In this document: positions 27,601-36,774 of the stretch, piece by piece
Layout of the letters: each line of letters opens with the position of its first letter
How positions within the stretch are numbered: position 1 is the first letter of the stretch
NCBI GenBank assembly: GCA_965195345.1
Contig: OZ239628.1
Location: 992,001 to 1,056,000, forward strand
Reading direction: 5' to 3'
DNA from: an uncultured Thiomicrospira sp.
GTDB lineage: Bacteria; Pseudomonadota; Gammaproteobacteria; CAKMZV01
DNA length: 64,000 nt
Translations under genes and position numbers: made by a program
Notes under the pieces: generated by a model
Seen by the model: only the letters and a program-made list of their open reading frames with translations
Told to the model about the DNA's origin: nothing
The model's database searches: none

Positions 27601-27993
27601 ATGAAGACTTCATCAAAAATCATTCTAGAGAACATTAGAATTGATAAACAATTAAGAATAAATGTTGCACTCGTTAACGATAAACAATTAAACACATTAT
27701 TTAATGATATAAATCATCACATTGATGAATTAAATAATACCAAGATGAATGAACACGAGAAAATATTCACTCTTGAAACATTGATAAAAGATTTAATTGA
27801 ATTTAATAACAAAACTTTCTTCAAACTTTATACAACTACTAATGAAAAAGTGCGAGAAACAGAACGAGTAAAGAGATTAAAGTCATTTTTAGACATCAGA
27901 AAAGATGTTGAAGATGAATTACCTGTTCCTGATGATGATGAAGATGATGTTCCTTCAATTCCACCTGCATTAAAGAGAAAATTAAACCTATGA
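27601..27993 (+). CDS. Hypothetical helical protein with acidic linker and short conserved-looking C-terminal tail
   Basis: 130-aa ORF ending DDDEDDVPSIPPALKRKLNL; ATGA overlap with next ORF. Confidence 0.65.
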   Translation: MKTSSKIILENIRIDKQLRINVALVNDKQLNTLFNDINHHIDELNNTKMNEHEKIFTLETLIKDLIEFNNKTFFKLYTTTNEKVRETERVKRLKSFLDIRKDVEDELPVPDDDEDDVPSIPPALKRKLNL

Positions 27994-28193
27994 AACCAAA
28001 AAGATATTCACAAAATCCTATTCAAGTCAGAATACACAATGTTCAAGAAGACACTTTGAATAAAATAATGAACGATACTGAATATTGCACTAGAAAGAAT
28101 ATTATTTCTAAAAGTGATGCAGTTCGTTCTGCATTATTTTCATTATGTAAAGACTACGAACAAGAGAAATATAATCAGTTAATACAGTCATAA
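27990..28193 (+). CDS. Ribbon-helix-helix (CopG/Arc-like) DNA-binding protein
   Basis: Beta strand IQVRI, helix QEDTLNKIM, then SKSDAVRSAL typical of RHH helix B. Confidence 0.6.
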   Translation: MKPKRYSQNPIQVRIHNVQEDTLNKIMNDTEYCTRKNIISKSDAVRSALFSLCKDYEQEKYNQLIQS

Positions 28194-28275
28194 CTCATTA
28201 CATTAAAACCACTTAATATAGTCGTGTGCGTTCGGGGAAAAGTCAGTCTTAAACAGTTAATACATTGAGAGTCAA

Positions 28276-28404
28276 ATGAACGAAAAAGTCATTCAGAAAC
28301 AACTAGAGTCGTTTGAGAAACAGTTTGATAAGACTGTTCAAGAGTTCAAAAGTCTTCTAAAAGTATTCAAACAAGAATTAAAGAACTCACAAAAGAACAG
28401 ATAG
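28276..28404 (+). CDS. 42-aa amphipathic/coiled-coil peptide (not in ORF track)
   Basis: Hand translation MNEKVIQKQLESFEKQFDKTVQEFKSLLKVFKQELKNSQKNR. Confidence 0.4.
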   Translation: MNEKVIQKQLESFEKQFDKTVQEFKSLLKVFKQELKNSQKNR

Positions 28405-28496
28405 AGTTGTAAATCAAACTAAAGTCTAATTTACACTTTTTCTAGAAAGTGAAATGTTGATTTTAATAGTGTTTCAGAGTGTCTATTTGCAGAAAA

Positions 28497-29084
28497 TTAG
28501 ATAGACATTGATTTACATTGTTGTGCGACTCTCGTATGACTGATTCCTACTCTATCTGCAATCTTTCTATAAGATTTACCTTTCTTTCTTAACTCCATGA
28601 TTTGATATTCAATATCTTCATCAACAACATCTTTTCTTCCAAATTTAACACCATCTTTCAATGCTCTTTTGATTCCGATTATCTGTCTTTCTCTTCTCAT
28701 GTTGTTTTCTAACTCTGCAAAGATTCCAACCATATAGAAGAAACTACTTCCCATAGTTGTAGATGTATCAATTCCTTGTTTGTAAGAATAGATATCAATG
28801 TCTAAATCTTTGAGTTGTGATAGAACAGACACAAGATGTTTCATGTTTCTTCCTAATCTATCTATTGACCAAACGACTAACTTATCAAATTTTTTTCTAG
28901 ATGCATCTTTCAACATTCTCTTTAATTCATCTCGTTCATTAACACCTTTAGTTCCACTTATCGTTTCATCATATTCTTCTACTACAATCCAATCATTTCG
29001 TTCACAGATTTCGTAGAGTTCTAGTCTTTGATTTTCAGTAGTCTGATGACTTGTTGAACATCTCATTAAAATTGCAACTCTCAT
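28497..29084 (-). CDS. Serine recombinase, resolvase/invertase family, with C-terminal HTH
   Basis: RCST..Q (catalytic Ser), ISG, VVWSIDRLGRN, FAELE, GVKFGR, SYRKIADRVGIS HTH. Confidence 0.92.
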   Translation of the reverse strand: MRVAILMRCSTSHQTTENQRLELYEICERNDWIVVEEYDETISGTKGVNERDELKRMLKDASRKKFDKLVVWSIDRLGRNMKHLVSVLSQLKDLDIDIYSYKQGIDTSTTMGSSFFYMVGIFAELENNMRRERQIIGIKRALKDGVKFGRKDVVDEDIEYQIMELRKKGKSYRKIADRVGISHTRVAQQCKSMSI

Positions 29085-30352
29085 ATATCTTCTCCTTTCT
29101 CTTCAACTGTTCCTTCTCTTGTGATTGAAAACGATTTCAATGCCTGTGTTCTCATAGACTCTTCTTTGTATTTCAGATAAGTGTCTTCAATGTGTTTGAT
29201 ACTTGTTCCTGCAAGTTTTGAAATATCAATGATATTCACACCACTCATAACACGCATTGTTATTCCAAAGTGTCTTAACGAATACCAAGTCAGATTTCTT
29301 TCCTCTTTCCACTCTTTAAGACTGATACCAATTCCAGTCATTAAATTTCTCCAATGTTTTGCATACTTCTGTGCAGAAATTGTTGCAGTTCCATTTACAG
29401 ATGCAAAAACTAAATCATCTTTACCTGTGAACTTCTGTCGTTTCTTCAATCTTTCAAAATACTCACCACCTCTACAGATGATTTTTCTATTTGATTTAAC
29501 TTTTGATGTTTCTGCACGAACATTGATATGTGCAAGAAGATGTTGTTTCTCATTTTCATCAAAGACTCGTTCAATCTTTTGCACATCTTTCCATTTCAAC
29601 TGTCTTAATTCCCCTACTCTCATGCATGAGTTAGATGAGATGAGAACATAATCTCTGATTATCATTCGTTCTAATTGTTCTGATTCATCAGTATTGTTCT
29701 TATCTGCAACATAACTTCTCATGAAACGAATCAGATTGTCGTATTCTTCAAGAGTGAATGTATCTCTTTTTCCAACATCATCTTTTCTGATACTGATTTT
29801 CTTAAAATCAAATTCATCAAAATGAGATATGTTCAAACGATAAAGAAACTTCATCATGTGATTGATTGTTGATTGTTCATTTCTGATTGTGATGTCAGTT
29901 GCATCTTTGAGTTTTTTTCTCAATCGTTGATATTCAAAGATTGAACTTCTATCAAGTTCTGCAACTTTCGTATTCTTACCAACGATTTTCATGAAGTGTT
30001 TTAACTGTGTGCGAATCGTAGTCCAACGACCTTGAACGATTGTATTTCCGATGTCTTTCTCTCTGTCTTCTAGATACAAATCAATTGCAGTTTCAACAGT
30101 CATTCCAAAGACTTTCTTTCCTTGTTTTACATTCGTAGATAACTCCATTCCTAACTCTCTTCCACGAATGAGTGCAGTTTCTAAATCTTTTGTTCTTAAT
30201 GACTTACGATAGTGTTTCTGTTCTTCCTTGATATACATTCTGAACTGAAAAACATCACCACTCTGTTTGACTCTAAACACTTGTGCGAGTCCATCTAGAA
30301 TGTCGTGTTGACTATGAAGATTATTACCTTTTGATACTCTTTTTTTTCTCAT
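29081..30352 (-). CDS. Tyrosine integrase with N-terminal arm-binding region
   Basis: MRVGELRQLKW (R), SKVK (K), YSLRH, AGTS, DTYL (Y); YRKSLRTKD arm-domain motif; adjacent to guaA 3' end; ATG 30352 (track start 30376). Confidence 0.92.
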   Translation of the reverse strand: MRKKRVSKGNNLHSQHDILDGLAQVFRVKQSGDVFQFRMYIKEEQKHYRKSLRTKDLETALIRGRELGMELSTNVKQGKKVFGMTVETAIDLYLEDREKDIGNTIVQGRWTTIRTQLKHFMKIVGKNTKVAELDRSSIFEYQRLRKKLKDATDITIRNEQSTINHMMKFLYRLNISHFDEFDFKKISIRKDDVGKRDTFTLEEYDNLIRFMRSYVADKNNTDESEQLERMIIRDYVLISSNSCMRVGELRQLKWKDVQKIERVFDENEKQHLLAHINVRAETSKVKSNRKIICRGGEYFERLKKRQKFTGKDDLVFASVNGTATISAQKYAKHWRNLMTGIGISLKEWKEERNLTWYSLRHFGITMRVMSGVNIIDISKLAGTSIKHIEDTYLKYKEESMRTQALKSFSITREGTVEEKGEDI

Positions 30353-30380
30353 TTTTACAATGTTTCGTAATAACAACAGA

Positions 30381-30515
30381 AAGTTTGCACTTATCTTTGT
30401 ATCTACAGAATCATTATACTATGAAAATACAGTCAAAATCAAAAGTTTGTATGAAGTTTGTATGAAAGAAATCCCTTAAAATCAACACTTTCAGATGATT
30501 TTGTTATTCCCACTC
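30381..30515. repeat. Integrase-proximal att site: arm-type repeats and core in the guaA stop region
   Basis: AAGTTTGTATG twice in tandem at 30443-30464; AAGTTTGCAC at 30381; core TATTCCCACTC at 30505-30515. Confidence 0.8.
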
Positions 30516-32084
30516 TATTGTTGCTGGAGGCTTGCCTGAAATGTCGTAAACTACTCGTGCCACTTCGGGGACTTCATTGATAATCCTATTTGATACGTAT
30601 CCAAGTAAGTCATATGGTAAGTGCGCCCAAACAGCGGTCATAAAGTCAACAGTCGTAACTGCTCTCAAGGCAACAACGTAGCCAAAACGTCGAGCATCTC
30701 CAACAACACCTACGGATTTAATCGGCATGAAAACGGTAAATGCTTGTGATGTTTTTTCGTAATAATTTTTTTTATGTAATTCTTCAATAAAAATTGCGTC
30801 GCATCGTCTAAGAATGTCAGTATACTCTGCTGTTACTTCACCAATAATGCGCACGGCTAATCCCGGACCAGGGAAAGGATGGCGGTGCAATAAGTCTTTA
30901 TCTAGCCCTAAATGTGCGCCTATCTTGCGGATTTCATCTTTAAATAATTGGCGCAAAGGTTCGAGTAATTTCAAATTTAATTTATCGGGTAATCCGCCTA
31001 CGTTATGATGCGATTTGATGGTTTTTGCATTAGCGTTTGTATTGCCAGCAGATTCAATAACATCAGGATAAATAGTACCCTGAGCAAGGTAACTTATTTG
31101 TTTTTTTTCTTTTGCGTAGTCTTCAAAAACTTCGATGAAACTGCGTCCGATGATTTTACGTTTTTTTTCAGGATCTTCGACTCCTTTAAGCGCGCTGATG
31201 AATTTTTCTTCAGCATTGATGAAGTCCACTTTGATTCCTAGGAGATTGGCAAATAGTGCTTTAACTTGTTCTTCTTCGAACAAGCGGAGCAAACCATTGT
31301 TCACAAAGACACATTGCAGTCGATCACCGATGGCTTTGTGTAAAAGTAGCGCTGCAACTGAAGAATCTACGCCTCCAGATAACGCTAAGAGTACGTGTTC
31401 ATCAGCTTTAATTGTTTGTTGTAGATTGTTGATGATGTCCGCAGTAATATCGCTCGTTTTCCAATGGTTATCACAGCGGCAGATTTGCAGGGCAAAGCGT
31501 TCAAGAATGTTTTGCCCTTGAATAGTATGTGTAACCTCAGGATGAAACTGGATGGCGTACAGGTTTTTCTCTATATTGGCCATTCCTGCAAGAGGGCAGG
31601 AATCGGTCGAAGCCATGCAAACAAATCCAGGTGGCAATTTGGTTACTTGATCTCCGTGGCTCATCCAAACATCTAATAAGCCATGCCCGTGCTCATTGTG
31701 TCTATCTTCTATGTCTTTCAATAATGGAGTGTGTCCGCGCGCTCGAACTTCAGCGTGTCCGTATTCATGTTTAGCTGAGGATTTTACAGCGCCCCCAAGT
31801 GTTTGAGCCATTAACTGCATGCCGTAACAAATACCAAGTATAGGAATATTCAGTAGGAATAATCCTTGAGGAGCAGATAGTGATTGATCTCCATAAACCG
31901 ATTCGGGTCCTCCAGATAAAATAATCCCAGCAGGGTTGAAATCTTTTATTGAATCAATGGTGCAGTTGTGCGAATACACTTCGCAATAAACACCAATTTC
32001 CCTTATTCGACGGGCGATTAGTTGTGTAAATTGCGATCCAAAATCAAGGATGAGTAAGTGATGAGCATTTTCATTTTTTTCCAC
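30504..32084 (-). CDS. guaA: GMP synthase (glutamine-hydrolysing)
   Basis: [41 protein letters not shown]. Confidence 0.98.
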   Translation of the reverse strand: MEKNENAHHLLILDFGSQFTQLIARRIREIGVYCEVYSHNCTIDSIKDFNPAGIILSGGPESVYGDQSLSAPQGLFLLNIPILGICYGMQLMAQTLGGAVKSSAKHEYGHAEVRARGHTPLLKDIEDRHNEHGHGLLDVWMSHGDQVTKLPPGFVCMASTDSCPLAGMANIEKNLYAIQFHPEVTHTIQGQNILERFALQICRCDNHWKTSDITADIINNLQQTIKADEHVLLALSGGVDSSVAALLLHKAIGDRLQCVFVNNGLLRLFEEEQVKALFANLLGIKVDFINAEEKFISALKGVEDPEKKRKIIGRSFIEVFEDYAKEKKQISYLAQGTIYPDVIESAGNTNANAKTIKSHHNVGGLPDKLNLKLLEPLRQLFKDEIRKIGAHLGLDKDLLHRHPFPGPGLAVRIIGEVTAEYTDILRRCDAIFIEELHKKNYYEKTSQAFTVFMPIKSVGVVGDARRFGYVVALRAVTTVDFMTAVWAHLPYDLLGYVSNRIINEVPEVARVVYDISGKPPATIEWE

Positions 32085-32086
32085 AG

Positions 32087-33550
32087 TTAAACTCGATAAT
32101 TTGGTGCTTGCTTGGTTATGGTTACATCGTGCACATGGCTTTCATTGAAAGCTGCAGAGCTTATTTCGACTATTGTTGCGTTATTCTGGAAACTTCTAAT
32201 ATCAGCTGTCCCGCAATAACCCATGCTCGAGCGTAGACCACCGCATAATTGCGCAATGATGGGGGAAACAGGTCCTTTATAAGGCACTCTGCCTTCCACG
32301 CCCTCAGGAACTAATTTATCGAGTTCTGTTTCTGTTTGAAAATACCGATCACTTGAGTTATTTGGTCCACGCATGGAAGCAAGCGAACCCATGCCACGAT
32401 AAGACTTATATGCACGCCCTTGGAAATATTCAACTTCTCCTGGAGATTCATCTGTTCCAGCAAATATGCTACCTAACATGATGCAGTCGGCTCCCACGGC
32501 TACGGCTTTAGCAATATCACCTGAGTAGCGTACGCCACCATCAGCGATAACTTTAACCGACGTCTTTTTTAATGCTTCTACAGCGCTTTGGATGGCAGTA
32601 ATTTGTGGCACACCGACTCCTGAAATAATACGTGTTGTGCATATTGATCCAGGTCCTATCCCAACTTTAACGGCATCTACCCCAGCTTTATAGAGTGCAA
32701 CAGCAGCTTCAGCAGTAGCGACATTGCCACCGATAACTTGCATGTCAGGGTAATGTTGTTTAATCCATTTAATTTGATCGAGCACACCTTGTGAGTGACC
32801 GTGCGCAGTGTCGACCACGAGCACATCAGCTTGCGCTTCAACAAGCGCTGTAATACGTGCTTGATTATCATTGCCAACACCTACGGCAGCACCTACCAAT
32901 AAACGTTCGTCGGAGTCTTTGCTGGCGTTTGGATGGCTTGATGCCTTTTTAAAGTCACGAGCAGTAATCATGCCGCGTAATTCAAAGTCTTGATTGATCA
33001 CAAGAATGCGTTCAAGTCGATGTTTATGCATTAGTTCGATAACTTTTCTATTGTCGATATTGCGCTCATCAACGGTTATAAGTCGCTCTTTGGGAGTCAT
33101 TACACTGGTAATGGAAGCGTTGGTGTCGCGAACAAAGCGCATATCTCTACCCGTTACAATGCCTGCTAAATCTCTACCCTTAACAACAGGCATTGCTGAA
33201 ATGCCTTTTTCTTGACTGAGCGTAAGTGCATCAGCTATGCAAGCATCTATGTTGATGGTTACAGGATCTCGAATTACTCCGCTTTCAAATTTTTTGACGC
33301 GCAAAACTTCGTTAGCTTGATCTTCAATGCTTAAGTTTTTGTGGATGATGCCTATTCCTCCTTCTTGTGCAAGTGCAGTAGCTAATCCACTTTCAGTAAC
33401 AGTGTCCATAGCAGCAGAGAGCAGGGGGATATTGAGTCGTATTTTTTCTGTTAAATAAGATTTAAGATCAACATTTTTAGGGACAATGTTGGAATAAGCT
33501 GGAACAATGAGAATATCATCAAAGGTAAGAGATTTTTTAATGGATTTCAT
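32087..33550 (-). CDS. guaB: IMP dehydrogenase
   Basis: [16 protein letters not shown] pair, [23 protein letters not shown]. Confidence 0.98.
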   Translation of the reverse strand: MKSIKKSLTFDDILIVPAYSNIVPKNVDLKSYLTEKIRLNIPLLSAAMDTVTESGLATALAQEGGIGIIHKNLSIEDQANEVLRVKKFESGVIRDPVTINIDACIADALTLSQEKGISAMPVVKGRDLAGIVTGRDMRFVRDTNASITSVMTPKERLITVDERNIDNRKVIELMHKHRLERILVINQDFELRGMITARDFKKASSHPNASKDSDERLLVGAAVGVGNDNQARITALVEAQADVLVVDTAHGHSQGVLDQIKWIKQHYPDMQVIGGNVATAEAAVALYKAGVDAVKVGIGPGSICTTRIISGVGVPQITAIQSAVEALKKTSVKVIADGGVRYSGDIAKAVAVGADCIMLGSIFAGTDESPGEVEYFQGRAYKSYRGMGSLASMRGPNNSSDRYFQTETELDKLVPEGVEGRVPYKGPVSPIIAQLCGGLRSSMGYCGTADIRSFQNNATIVEISSAAFNESHVHDVTITKQAPNYRV

Positions 33551-33934
33551 GATTGAATAGAAAGCATAAGGAGCAAGGAATACACAATGCTGTATTTTAT
33601 CGCAATTAGCTGTTTTTTTTATTCAAAAAAACTTTTAAGTTTTAGCTTTTCACAGCATATTTTTTCTATAGCAAAGAATGAAAATTCTATGTAATGATTG
33701 ATTTTTTCTTTTGCCAATTTAAATAAATCCAATGAGAAAAAACTGATTTTATGATATCCATTTATCGCAGGATGGTCTTTCAGCAAAAATGGAGAGCACG
33801 GTGATGAGATGTTACGTTCAGCACAAGGAAACCCTGTCCGCTGCGTGTTCTGGTCTTGAAAAAGGGAGAAAGAATGATTTTATATAGTACAGTATACACA
33901 AAATATTAAATGGTTACTTTTGAGGAGGAATGAT

Positions 33935-35083
33935 ATGTTGCACTTTTCTGAAAACGAATTTGAACAAAGGTTAGCAAAATTACGAGAAAAAATGGTCGAA
34001 GAAAATTTAGATGCCATGTTGCTATTCGCGCAAGAGTCAATGTATTGGTTAACGGGCTATGATACTTTTGGATTTTGTTTTTTTCAAACAGTTTTGGTTA
34101 CGCACAATGAGCCTGTAGCGCTACTGACACGATCCGCTGATTTGCGACAAGCACAGTTAACATCAAATATTAAAAACATTGATATTTGGGTGGATGGACA
34201 GGATGTAGATCCAACCAAAAATGTAAGTGATATGCTTAAAAAAAACAATCTGGTGAATAAACGGGTTGGTGTTGAAACAAATACGCATGGTTTGACTTTT
34301 TATAATGGACAATTATTACATGCTCGCATTGGTTCAATGATTCAATGGGTTGAGGCGTCTTTTATTATTTCTAATTTGCGACTCATTAAATCGGACGCAG
34401 AGATTGAGTACGTTAAGAAAGCAGCATCTATTGGTGATGGAGCCTACGCTAAAGCATTATTAGCTATTGAAGAAGGAAAAGATGAGTCGAATGTAATAGC
34501 GGCATTACAAGGAGAAATATTTGCTCAAGGGGGTGACTTTCCTGCCAATGAAATAATCGCTGGCGTAGGCGCAAACGCAATTTTATGTCGTTATCAATCG
34601 GGGCGGAGTATTATTCAAAAAAATGATCAGTTTACCCTTGAGTGGGCTGGAGTGTATAAACATTACCACGCGGCTTTGATGCGAACGGTCGTAGTGGGGA
34701 AGCCAACAGAAAAACACTTGTACTTGCAAAAACATGGTGCAGAGGCGTTGCTTGCGTGTGAAGAAGTGTTAAAGCCTGATCGACCGATGGGTGATGTGTT
34801 TGCCAAACATGCCCAAGTGTTAGATGCAGCTGGATTATCAAAATGTCGGCTGAAAGCGTGCGGTTATTCTTTAGGTGCTCGTTTCTCTCCTTCTTGGATG
34901 GAACATCAAATGTTCTACGAAAATGCTGAAACGATTATGCAAAAGAATATGGTTTTTTTCCTGCACATGATTCTTGCTGATAGTGAAAGTGGAGCAGCTA
35001 ATTGCATAGGGAGGACTTCAATAATTACCGATGCGGGCTCTCAAACATTGTCAGAACTATCGCTTGAATTGACTGTCGTATAA
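33935..35083 (+). CDS. M24-fold hydrolase (creatinase/ectoine hydrolase-like)
   Basis: Creatinase N-domain (F...E...RL, YWLTGY), LRLIKS.AEI, YHAALMRT, CGYSLG; GAGGAGG RBS before ATG 33935. Confidence 0.8.
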   Translation: MLHFSENEFEQRLAKLREKMVEENLDAMLLFAQESMYWLTGYDTFGFCFFQTVLVTHNEPVALLTRSADLRQAQLTSNIKNIDIWVDGQDVDPTKNVSDMLKKNNLVNKRVGVETNTHGLTFYNGQLLHARIGSMIQWVEASFIISNLRLIKSDAEIEYVKKAASIGDGAYAKALLAIEEGKDESNVIAALQGEIFAQGGDFPANEIIAGVGANAILCRYQSGRSIIQKNDQFTLEWAGVYKHYHAALMRTVVVGKPTEKHLYLQKHGAEALLACEEVLKPDRPMGDVFAKHAQVLDAAGLSKCRLKACGYSLGARFSPSWMEHQMFYENAETIMQKNMVFFLHMILADSESGAANCIGRTSIITDAGSQTLSELSLELTVV

Positions 35084-35214
35084 CTTCAATTGCAGTGCTG
35101 GCCGGTTGTTGATTGTTTTGCCACGATAGGTGATGTACCTTGATGTGCACAATAATAGGACCAGTGTACGGTGTGCTATAATCGTTTTTTAATCATATTC
35201 AATATAAAAAAGGC

Positions 35215-35532
35215 ATGGAAAAATACATATTTATATATCATGGTAGTGGTTCTGCTCCAGAAAACGAAGAAGAAGGCAAAAAAGTCATGCAAGCTTGGAT
35301 GGAGTGGTTTGAGGTAATGGGTGAGGCAGTAGTCGATATGGGGGCACCTATTGGTATGTCTTCAACAGTTCACAGCGGTGGGAAGGTAAGTTCAGATGGA
35401 GGAAGTAACCCTGCTTCTGGCTATACTATAATTCAAGCAAATACTCTCAATGAGGCACTTGAGCATGCAAAAGGTTGTCCGCTTCTTGAGGATGAGGGGA
35501 GCATAGAAGTTGCTCAAATTCATTCAATGTAA
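35215..35532 (+). CDS. YciI/YCII-related protein
   Basis: MQAWMEWF, G.P, SGYTIIQA...EA...AKGCP, IEV pattern. Confidence 0.75.
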   Translation: MEKYIFIYHGSGSAPENEEEGKKVMQAWMEWFEVMGEAVVDMGAPIGMSSTVHSGGKVSSDGGSNPASGYTIIQANTLNEALEHAKGCPLLEDEGSIEVAQIHSM

Positions 35533-35585
35533 GTTGACGGAAATTTCTAAGGAAAATAAAAAATAGCTTTTAGATTAGTACACGT

Positions 35586-35613
35586 AAGCATGCTTATAAA
35601 AAGGCATGCTTTT
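35586..35613. terminator. Probable terminator between convergent genes
   Basis: AAGCATGCTT-ATAAA-AAGGCATGCTTTTT imperfect hairpin. Confidence 0.45.
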
Positions 35614-36770
35614 TATAAGAAGTATGATATCTGTAGTTCTAAGTAGCTACTGCGATTTAGACGACTGGCGAGTAGTTCTTCTGAATCCAAATTAAATATG
35701 AATGCTGATATGTTTGCTTTCCAGTCATTGCCAAAGCGTTTTGATCCTGTAAGCGTAAAAGTTTGACTGAGGTGGTTGTTGTCAATGCTTACGCCAAGAA
35801 TAAACTCAGTACCATCAACATCATTTAAGGCAAAACGAGTTGCTAAGAAAGTATCGTTTTGTAATAACTCAAAACTTGATTCTCCTCTTTCATCCCAATT
35901 TACTTCAGCAAGCAATCCAAGATCTGTGTCCGCATAAATACCTACTAAAGTATATTCAAATCCAAATACACTTGCAAAGAAATCAATGTCATCTTTGAAT
36001 GACTTGTGAATTGCTTCAAGTTTCCAAAGCCATCCATCGTTTGAAAATTGATACTCAAGACCAAACTGTTTTATTTGACGGTAAAAGGGACGTAACTCAT
36101 TGTCTGAAAAGATGTAAATTGGAATGCGATCAGTTCCTTGAAAATACGATAGAGCAAATTCATGCTCTTCAATGAAATTCGAATAGCGAAAGGCAAAATC
36201 AACATGATTCTCTTCATCTGGATCTTGAAAGACTGGTGCCGCGTCTGTAATAAAAGCAGGATTCTCTTCTCCAACCCTTGTTTGAACGCGAAAGAAAGGC
36301 AGGATATATAAATCAAATACACCTGCTTCTTCTTGGTCGAATGTGGCACGGACAAGAGGCTGTCCCAATCGATAGGCTTTGTCAAACCCGTAAGCAACAT
36401 CTTGTTGATTAATAACATTTACAATGTTTCGAGATTCAACGACACCCCAGAAAACCTTGCTTATCCCTGCTGCTACTTCCCATGTTTCGGCTTGATATAA
36501 CCAGTTGAATTCACGAATGTCAAAGTGTGTCCTTTGTTCATCAACGCTGTCATGTAGATAGAAAAGCTGTATGTTTAGTTGATTGTCCTGATCAGAACTA
36601 ACCCATGTTAGTTGTGGTTGGAATATTGCCGCGATGAATAATTGTTCACTGTTCTCAGGAGGAGCATCAGTATAGTTAATGAGGTTAAGGGCAAATTCGG
36701 ATTGTACCTGTGTATCGGCGTATGTCAATGTACATGCAAATAACCAGCAAATAAACCAACAAACACGCAT
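35613..36770 (-). CDS. Outer-membrane beta-barrel protein associated with MMPL/LolA-like genes
   Basis: Signal peptide; DIRE, KVFWGVVES...VINQ.D motif; aromatic C-terminal strand (LELQISYFL). Confidence 0.7.
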   Translation of the reverse strand: MRVCWFICWLFACTLTYADTQVQSEFALNLINYTDAPPENSEQLFIAAIFQPQLTWVSSDQDNQLNIQLFYLHDSVDEQRTHFDIREFNWLYQAETWEVAAGISKVFWGVVESRNIVNVINQQDVAYGFDKAYRLGQPLVRATFDQEEAGVFDLYILPFFRVQTRVGEENPAFITDAAPVFQDPDEENHVDFAFRYSNFIEEHEFALSYFQGTDRIPIYIFSDNELRPFYRQIKQFGLEYQFSNDGWLWKLEAIHKSFKDDIDFFASVFGFEYTLVGIYADTDLGLLAEVNWDERGESSFELLQNDTFLATRFALNDVDGTEFILGVSIDNNHLSQTFTLTGSKRFGNDWKANISAFIFNLDSEELLASRLNRSSYLELQISYFL

Positions 36771-36774
36771 AGGA

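Larger units (their letters stand above)
19750..30515. mobile_element. Composite genomic island at the guaA 3' end (RM module + merC cassette + integrative element); left boundary approximate
   Basis: Integrase next to the guaA stop; copies of the guaA 3'-end core at 25534 and 26428; cargo unrelated to flanking housekeeping genes; no clear core found at the left end. Confidence 0.75.
26428..30515. mobile_element. ~4.1-kb integrative element (Tyr integrase, Ser resolvase, putative HUH Rep, RHH protein, small ORFs)
   Basis: Bounded by att core B and the guaA core; shared AAGTTTGTAT repeats at both ends; distinct composition (GG-free + strand) ending at those boundaries. Confidence 0.85.

Noticed and set aside
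33760-33910. Relatively GC-rich intergenic patch upstream of the M24 gene (riboswitch or 39-aa ORF)
   Set aside because: No recognisable riboswitch consensus or convincing stem; short ORF has no support
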